This document shows positions 52,992 to 60,000 of a stretch of DNA of 60,000 bases, piece by piece. The notes beneath the pieces are model-generated. The model was not told where the DNA came from. It saw only the letters and a list, made by a program, of their open reading frames with translations, and made no database searches. Both the position numbers and the translations under genes were made by a program. The stretch comes from Lytechinus pictus (Eukaryota), in contig NC_087245.1 of the NCBI RefSeq assembly GCF_037042905.1, forward strand, positions 16,308,001-16,368,000. The letters are read 5' to 3'. Position 1 is the first letter of the stretch. The number at the start of each line of letters is the position of its first letter.

Positions 52992-54225
52992 CACAGTGGG
53001 CCGGGGCGAAACAAAAGTGCGCCAAAAGTCATTTTGGGCAATTTCAGATTTTTAATTTTTGTAATGCCCAGCTGAAAGACAACACTTTGAAGAATACTTC
53101 AGCAAAATATTTCATTCCGGAATTTGCATAAAGGTTGTTAATTTCCTACCTCAAATCGTAAAATGTGACATTTTGCGAAATGTCGCTTATATGACAACCT
53201 AGTTAAAAAACAGACCATTTCACAGGAGGTTTTTCATGAAGGAATCTGAAATGGCTCCCACATAATCCTGATATATTCTTTCTTCGTGTGAAAGGGTTCA
53301 AAGTAGATAAAAGACACCTTTCAGGAGGTTTATAGGATGATTATTCCTCGAAATAGGCTGAAAATCCATGTTTTTTGCATTTACATTAGAAACGTTTAGA
53401 TTTCCGTGGATTTCCGTCTAAATTCTATAAGCATCATTTTACCCGATGTCTAAGCTTTAAGTCGATTCCAAATTTAGCTGCCCGTTTTTGCCCGTTTTCA
53501 TGTTAGAGCCGATTTTACTTGACACAACACCCCAAAAACCTGTTAAAAAACGGTCATTTTTATACCACGCAGTCGTCGTAGCGCATCGTATGGGTGTACA
53601 TTGCCGTTCGCTTTTGCACAGCGAGGACGATTCCCCTTACATTCCATGAAAATGACATGAATTCCGGGCATAACGTAAACAAAATAAAGGTTGCTAACGC
53701 AAGTTAGGGCTATACCCACAACTCTTCCAGAGATAAAACTTACTTGTAGAATAATTTCAGCCAAAAACCCTCCTTATAGTGATACATTCGTGGTGTTATA
53801 CACTCTGCGTTTTACACAAGTCAACACAGCTTGATAAAGCACGGTTAATATTTTTCAGATTTTAAAGGTTTTTATTTATAAATCTAATTAATGATAATTT
53901 TGATGCCATGAAATTATTTTCGGCATCTCATACACACTTTTTAGGCATGTGAAAAGCATAAACCAACATTCACTCTGGTCAATCTGAAAGTAGCACATGC
54001 ATAACACAAAGTTTATATACTACACATTGTTTAGCGTAATTTGTCTTAACACAGATAGGTTTTAAGTAGCCAATCAAAATTTGGTATCAAGGTGACGTCA
54101 CATCGGCCTTAAATTATGTTTAGTCGATTCTACACCCAAAAAAAACCCCTAATCAACATGTTAAAGTAAAAATATGACTCGGAATATAATTTTGGCGCAC
54201 TTTCAACTCATTCTGGCCCACTGTG
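52992..54225. mobile_element. Non-autonomous Transib-like DNA transposon (1234 bp)
   Basis: CACAGTGGGCC...AAAGTGCGCCAAAA TIRs at both ends, CGCCG on both flanks, no transposase ORF. Confidence 0.85.
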
Positions 54226-54288
54226 CGCCGCCGCCGCCGCCGTCGGAAAAGCGGCGCCTATAGTCTCGCTCTGCTATGCAGGCGAGAC

Positions 54289-54518
54289 AAAAACGCTGCT
54301 TAATATTTCTATACAATGTTGTTCACTATAATATGAACCTTACAGTATTTGTTTTGAAACAGTTTTAACAAGTGTATAAAATCTTAAACAACAATGTTTC
54401 TTTTTTAAAACATCATTCTCAATAAATTAAGCCTGGTTGTTTACACTGGTTGTTTAAAATATTGTAGGTTCATATAGTAAGCAACGTTGTATGAATTATT
54501 TACAACGTTTTTACTGTG
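54289..54518. mobile_element. CACAG-ended MITE whose left tip is split by the HINE-like insertion
   Basis: AAAAACGCTG...TATGAACCTTACA is inverted to TGTAGGTTCATA...CAACGTTTTTACTGTG. Confidence 0.6.
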
Positions 54519-55208
54519 TAATATCGTTATTGCTTGTTAATAATGTGCATAAAAATGGCATTTCGGTCCTCTTCAAGGGACCTGATAATGTAGGTATATT
54601 ATAATAGTTATATATCGAAAATACCTTTTCTCTCTCTCTCTCTCTCTCTTTCTAAAGATGCAGAGTGAAAGCTTCGCTCAAAGAAAGGGTGAATATCACC
54701 AATTTCTCATCAAAACTGATTTTAATTCCTTTGCCAAAATATGTGTTTGTTTTTTATGGAAACTAAAGTAATGAACATGTCACAGTGAGTATCTTTCTTC
54801 TGCCAACAAATCACCTGTTCTATCCTACAACAAACATATTGATTGAATGATCCATCAATATTCGGGATAATTGATATCGGGAACGCAACACCACAAACCA
54901 TTTTATCAATGAATATCATTACCACTACGTCTGCGTGTGGCAGGTGAAATGATCTACACAAGGTGATTGTAATCAATAGCTTTTAAGTAGATGGAAATTG
55001 CCCAGTCATTATCAAGTTATCTCGGGACTATACATCGTTTTATGGCATCTCATAATCAATAATCAAAACGAGAAAGCGATCAACATCGAGGTAAAATCGG
55101 TCGACAATTGACTCTGAAAATTCGACCAAAAGCAAAAACAGGACTATGAATTACAAATTTTATGGTATTTACTTTTGCAGGAAAAAAGGGGGTATATGTA
55201 GTGATATC

Positions 55209-55442
55209 GATGATGATTATGGATGTGATGATGATGGTGATGACGACGACGACGATGATGAAAAATACAACTACTATTCCTACTACTACTACTACTACTA
55301 CTAGACCTACTACTTCTACCACTATACTACCACTATTACTACTACTACTACTACTACTACTATATACTACTACTACTACTACTACTTCTACTACGACTAC
55401 TACCGACTACGACTACTACTAACTACTCCTAATACTACTACT
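55209..55442. repeat. (GAT/GAC)n and (CTA)n microsatellite
   Basis: Seen directly in the sequence. Confidence 0.9.
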
Positions 55443-56411
55443 CTGGGGTATTCTATGTCTGTTACAATGAGAAGCATGATACAAAGTTAATTTTCTTTCA
55501 TAGAAAAGAGATATGTTCCTTTCAACTTTAAACGTACTTTAAAAGGTTTTTTTGGGGGGTAAACAATTCCGAATTTATCGTCGTTTTATTTCCTTGAATG
55601 AATAATATATAGAGCATTATTTAGTATGTGACTGTTACTACTGCTGTCAACCCATATATATGCCTAAATAATATGCAGAAAATACTCAAAACACTTGACA
55701 CTCGTACCTGGGCTCAAATACAATCTGAGCAGCAACGCATGGAAAAAGCTAGCAACGGCAGACAGTCATCCCTTTAACTATAGCAACAATGGCTGTTGGC
55801 ATGGCAACCATACTTCACAACAGAATAGCACGCGTGTTGATAAAAGCACCGAGTTTGATTTAAAGTAGGTGCATGTTTATCAACAACAAAGGACGTCATC
55901 AATGCAATTAGGTAATAAGTTCTCTAATAGGGATTTACTAATTATTGGTAGCAAATGCCCTTTTCATATACTAGGAGTGGGATAAAAGTGTAAATATGTG
56001 AAGATAATTTTCCTTGGTGTATAATTTGTGTAATTTGAATTTGAAAGAAAACTCGAAAGTCTTTCATTGCTGTTTTCTTACTCATTTAAGAGCAACTTTG
56101 TTGCATTTTCTATATTTATGTAGGCCTGCTCATTCTTTTCTTTTAATTCTGAATGGTATTCTTTTCAAAATATGGTATTAAGTGACTCTAAGTGAACATT
56201 CTAAATAACTGCGGCAGTTAGTGAATTTATAAATTTAATATTTGAAAATAGCTAAACCCCGTATTGTCGACGTATACTTTCATTTTTTTTTTAATGTACA
56301 GAATCTTCATCGATTCTCGCAGTATATCAAGTGGTTGCAATATGTAATCAACATCATGAATCACTCACTATATATACTGTGTGAAAACTTGACACCTCAC
56401 GAATCCCCAAG

Positions 56412-56998
56412 TTAAAGGAGAATGAAACTCTTGGAGCAAGTTAGCTTTTGTGAAAGCAGAAAAATCAAAGAATAAGATCAACAAAACTTTGAGTAAAATA
56501 GGACTAGCAATAAAAGAGTTATGAGCATTTGAATGTCGAGATCACTAATGCTATGGAGATCCTCCCATTGGCAATGCGACCAAGATCTGTGATGTCACAC
56601 ACGTACAACTCTCCCATTTGGACACTGAAAATATACCCCAAAACATCTCTTTTTGCTTATTCTAATCATATGACAAACGATTCATCAATGGTATAATGTT
56701 GTGAAACCTCTATACTTGTCATCTCATAAAGAGAACACCTCACCTTGTGATAGACTCTATAAAAGTGAGAATATAAGTGAAATAAGTACTAGAATAATGA
56801 GGGAGTTGTACGTGTGTGATATCACAGATCTTGGTTGCATTGCCGATGGGAGGATCTACATGGCACTAGTGATCTCAATATTTAAATGCTCATAACTTTC
56901 TTATTATTCATTCAATCTTCCTCAAACTTTCAACAATATGTTTCTTTGATTTTTCTCTTTGATATGGATTCAGCTGGTTTCAAGGGTTTCATTTTTAA
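56412..56998. mobile_element. Kolobok-like MITE (TTAA flanks)
   Basis: TTAAAGGAGAATGAAAC / GTTTCATTTTTAA ends; about 200-bp imperfect inverted arms including CCAAGATCTGTGATGTCACACACGTACAACTC. Confidence 0.8.
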
Positions 56999-57036
56999 GA
57001 TAAATAATGTCATGAACGCATAATTATTATACATGG

Positions 57037-57525
57037 CTGGAAAGAGTGTCTTCTCCCAAATAATTTGATACCATATTTGTGTTGTATGTTTTCACGCTTG
57101 GATAATCAATAGTTATTCTTTGCAGTGATGTAAATTTTGATTTACGCCAAAGTAAGGCATGAATGCAATTAATGAATCCAGATGCCAAAGATGTCATAAT
57201 CCTGCACGAGTAAGTCAACATATTTGCAACCCTTTTCAATGAAATTAACTTCAGAATTGATACTAAAAAGTCTTTATTAAACAATTATAATGTAAATTAA
57301 TGAAAAGGTGTTTTAAAAATTGATTTTAATGCAACCCTTGTATGATTGGGGCATCATTGGCACCTGGATTCATTCATTGCAGTCATGCCTTACTTTGGCG
57401 AAAATCAAAATTTACATCACTGCAAAGAATACCTCCCGATCATCCAAGCGTTAAAACATACCACATAAATTAATATGTTATCATATATATATATTTTTTT
57501 TGGGGGGGGGAACATACCCTTTCAG
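57037..57525. mobile_element. Fold-back element (about 210-bp inverted arms)
   Basis: TTCTTTGCAGTGATGTAAATTTTGATTT..GCCAAAGTAAGGCATGA mirrored at about 57385-57430. Confidence 0.75.
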
Positions 57526-58364
57526 GTAATTTTTTTCCTTAAATTCGAGATTTTTTAAGAATCAAGTTCTCAAGTCATTTTTTTTATTCACACGGTAGAT
57601 GAAGTAGCCCGAAATTTCTTTAATTTACCAAAATATACAGTTTGCATAATTGTGCCTCAACACAACTACACACCCTCTCCCCTAATTAAACCCCCTCCCC
57701 CCTCTCTCTCTCTTTGACAGGCCTGGGTATTTCGAAATTCATAATACACTCTATAAGTAGTAAAGCAGTTGCCACATTCATAAACATGATAAACGTTAGC
57801 CAGCCCAATTATCACCAAACTGCATGGATAGCTGTAGCCAATAGGATTAGTTGACAATTGACGTCAAAATGAAGATTAATAATCATAAGTCAGACATATC
57901 AGCTTGCATTTTCTGTGTATCAACCATAAACGTATCTCTTACAACCTACTTAATATACATATACATATCGCTAAAACTTACTTGTTAAAAGGATAAACAC
58001 GATTAATGTAAATTTCTTAACCATGTTCTTATGGTGATTTCAGCGAATGATTCTCATCAAGTCTAAATATCAATTCAAACAAACGGATCGTAAAATTTAT
58101 TCAGACATACGGAATTAACAAAATATATATATATGGTTGTATAAATATTCCGATTGTCTTCTTTATCGACAATGCACCTTTGCACTTAACTCGGCAAATA
58201 TCCTATTCTTTATTTGATCTGTCTTGTTCTTTTTTTAAACCGGGCATTATCTGATGAGAACATGGGTACACACATTGACAATGCAATATGTACAATAAAA
58301 CAGAAAACTTGTTGTGTGTCAATATGTGAGAAGAAGGTAAGTCAGACGAGATCAAACATCCTCT

Positions 58365-58496
58365 GGGGCCCGTAACACAAAGCTTAGCAATCACCGTAGA
58401 ACATTTTTTTAACGAATGATTGCATTGATTAAAATGAATAATTAATCGTGAAAGTCAAGCGTACGATCAATCGTTAACTTTTGTGCTACGGAACCC
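58365..58496. mobile_element. Short Harbinger-like MITE
   Basis: GGGGCCCGTAACACAAAG / CTTTTGTGCTACGGAACCC ends. Confidence 0.6.
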
Positions 58497-59906
58497 TTGT
58501 GTTGTTGAAACCTATCTCCTATTCCGCCGCGACAGGTGCCCATCTATCGGTGTCCGATTTTCAAAGATATTATTACATAGAATTCTATTTTTACTCCTAC
58601 ATTCTTGATGTACATTATTTTGTTTCTTTGAATGTTTAGTCAAATCACAATGTATTTCACTCGTCAGGCTGCAAGTGGAGGACATTTTTTTTTCTATTTT
58701 GGTTTCCATTTAAATCAGACAAAAATATTTCAATCTTGAATAAGGGAAACTCTTTTCCACATTATCTGGAGGGAAGAGGTTTTAAGTTATTGATTCAAAT
58801 CAATCATGATAGAGGGAAAATTATTTCTGTGTATAAATTTACCCCCCAGACTCCTCAAAAATACTCATTTCCCCTCTCTCTTCCTCTTTCTCTCCCCCCC
58901 CCCCCCCTTGCTCGTTCCTCATCTCTGTTTCGCTGCTCCTAACTTTCGTTTTCCTCATTCATTTTCTCAAGGGCTTCGTGTCAAAGAGAGAAAATCACCG
59001 TAGAAACCTGTAAATCGAACGTGCATAATTAATTTGTTGGCATAATATGCGATGTAATGATACCCGTCTAATGAACAAATAATTTAATCAGTAATATTTA
59101 TCTATCAATCTCAGTTAGTACCTCTGCAATCGTAACAGCTTACGTGAACTTGTAAAATTACGTCATTATAGGATGAGACCAATAGGCATGCGACTTTAAC
59201 ACTGACCACTGACCAACATACTGACGTCATTATCTGGTGACCAATAGACAGGTTATTTCCTACTGAATATAATATAAAGAAAGCAAGTATTCATTGAAAT
59301 TAAGTTGCGAATGAAATGAGAAAGATACATGTAACCTTCGAGATATTATTTTAATTAATTGGTTGATATTAATACAATTAATTAATACAATCAATATAGT
59401 ATTCCGTTACAGAAAGGCGCGAGCCTTTTAATGTATATATACTTGTATCATGGTATCCAATCAAAACAAGTCTTTCTTATGTTTAATCCAGAGTCTTCCT
59501 TCCTTCGAATTTATTCTATTATATTCGCCCCCTAGTATATTTTGATAGTCAAGATTTGCTATCACTGTCGCCCAAATTGCATTTTAATGTATAATCAGGG
59601 TGAGCCCCTATTGAATTAATAAATGGTATCAAAGTACGTTGTTGCTTTAAGAACGTCAGAGCATGAAACATTAATGCAGAAGAGAGATGCTGCTGTTTAG
59701 CGCTGGCTCTCACCCAATCTATCAGAAACTGTATTACTCTTTCAGCTTATTCATTCTTATTATAAAAACTATAATAATAATAATTATTATTATTCTAATC
59801 GTAATCATCATCATCATCATCATTATAAAGAAAGTAATCATAATCCTGATAATGAATACGATTTCCAATATGTAATATCTGTTTGAATTCAATAACCCGG
59901 CGCATT

Positions 59907-59914
59907 AAAAAAAA
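59907..59914 (-). terminator. Pol III terminator (T8) of tRNA-Ser
   Basis: T-run 4 nt after the discriminator base. Confidence 0.85.
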
Positions 59915-59918
59915 GAGC

Positions 59919-60000
59919 CGTCATGGACAGGATTCGAACCTGCGCGGGGAAACCCCATTGGATTTCGAGTCCAACGCCTTAACCACTCGGCCACCATGAC
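59919..60000 (-). tRNA. tRNA-Ser(CGA): tRNA-Ser, anticodon CGA
   Basis: GTCATGG/CCATGAC acceptor stem; D arm TGGCCGAGTGG; anticodon arm TTGGA-CT-CGA-AA-TCCAA; long variable arm GGGG-TTT-CCCC; GGTTCGAATCC T-loop; discriminator G; 82 nt. Confidence 0.97.

Larger units (their letters stand above)
51834..54292 (-). mobile_element. DINE-1/HINE-like (Helentron-associated) non-autonomous element
   Basis: Subterminal inverted repeats GTCTCGCCTGCAT (51856-51868) / ATGCAGGCGAGAC (54276-54288), partial extra IR at 54263, (GCC)n microsatellite, internal tandem array, inserted in an A/T run with no TSD. Confidence 0.75.

Noticed and set aside
53020..54190. Transposase or RAG coding sequence inside the Transib-like element
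   Set aside because: Only short ORFs (76 aa or less) with no DDE or RAG motifs

Overview
AT-rich, intron-rich animal genomic DNA; the repeat content suggests an echinoderm such as a sea urchin (inference). The main feature is a minus-strand gene built by hand from GT-AG boundaries with consistent phases. It has 11 coding exons (45933->26536, about 2684 aa) and includes a 4.36-kb exon with five PEP-19/neurogranin-type acidic-IQ (calmodulin-binding-like) motifs, two intracellular I-set Ig domains and a low-complexity Ser/Arg/Asp-rich tail. A candidate alternative first exon (38276-38252, MGSACCTS) would replace the IQ region with a myristoyl/palmitoyl-type anchor. Downstream on the same strand is a 126-aa acidic, telokin-like single-Ig gene (12686-12680 + 9816-9443) with an intronic CArG+MCAT cluster. 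The window also holds a tRNA-Ser(CGA) gene at its end, a tRNA-derived SINE, many MITEs (Tc1/mariner, Harbinger, EnSpm, Kolobok types), an 87-bp tandem array and trinucleotide microsatellites. One three-tier nest has a Transib-like element with RSS-like ends (CACAGTG, 12 bp, ACAAAAGTG) inside a DINE-1/Helentron-like element inside a MITE. All calls come from reading the sequence; no searches were run.
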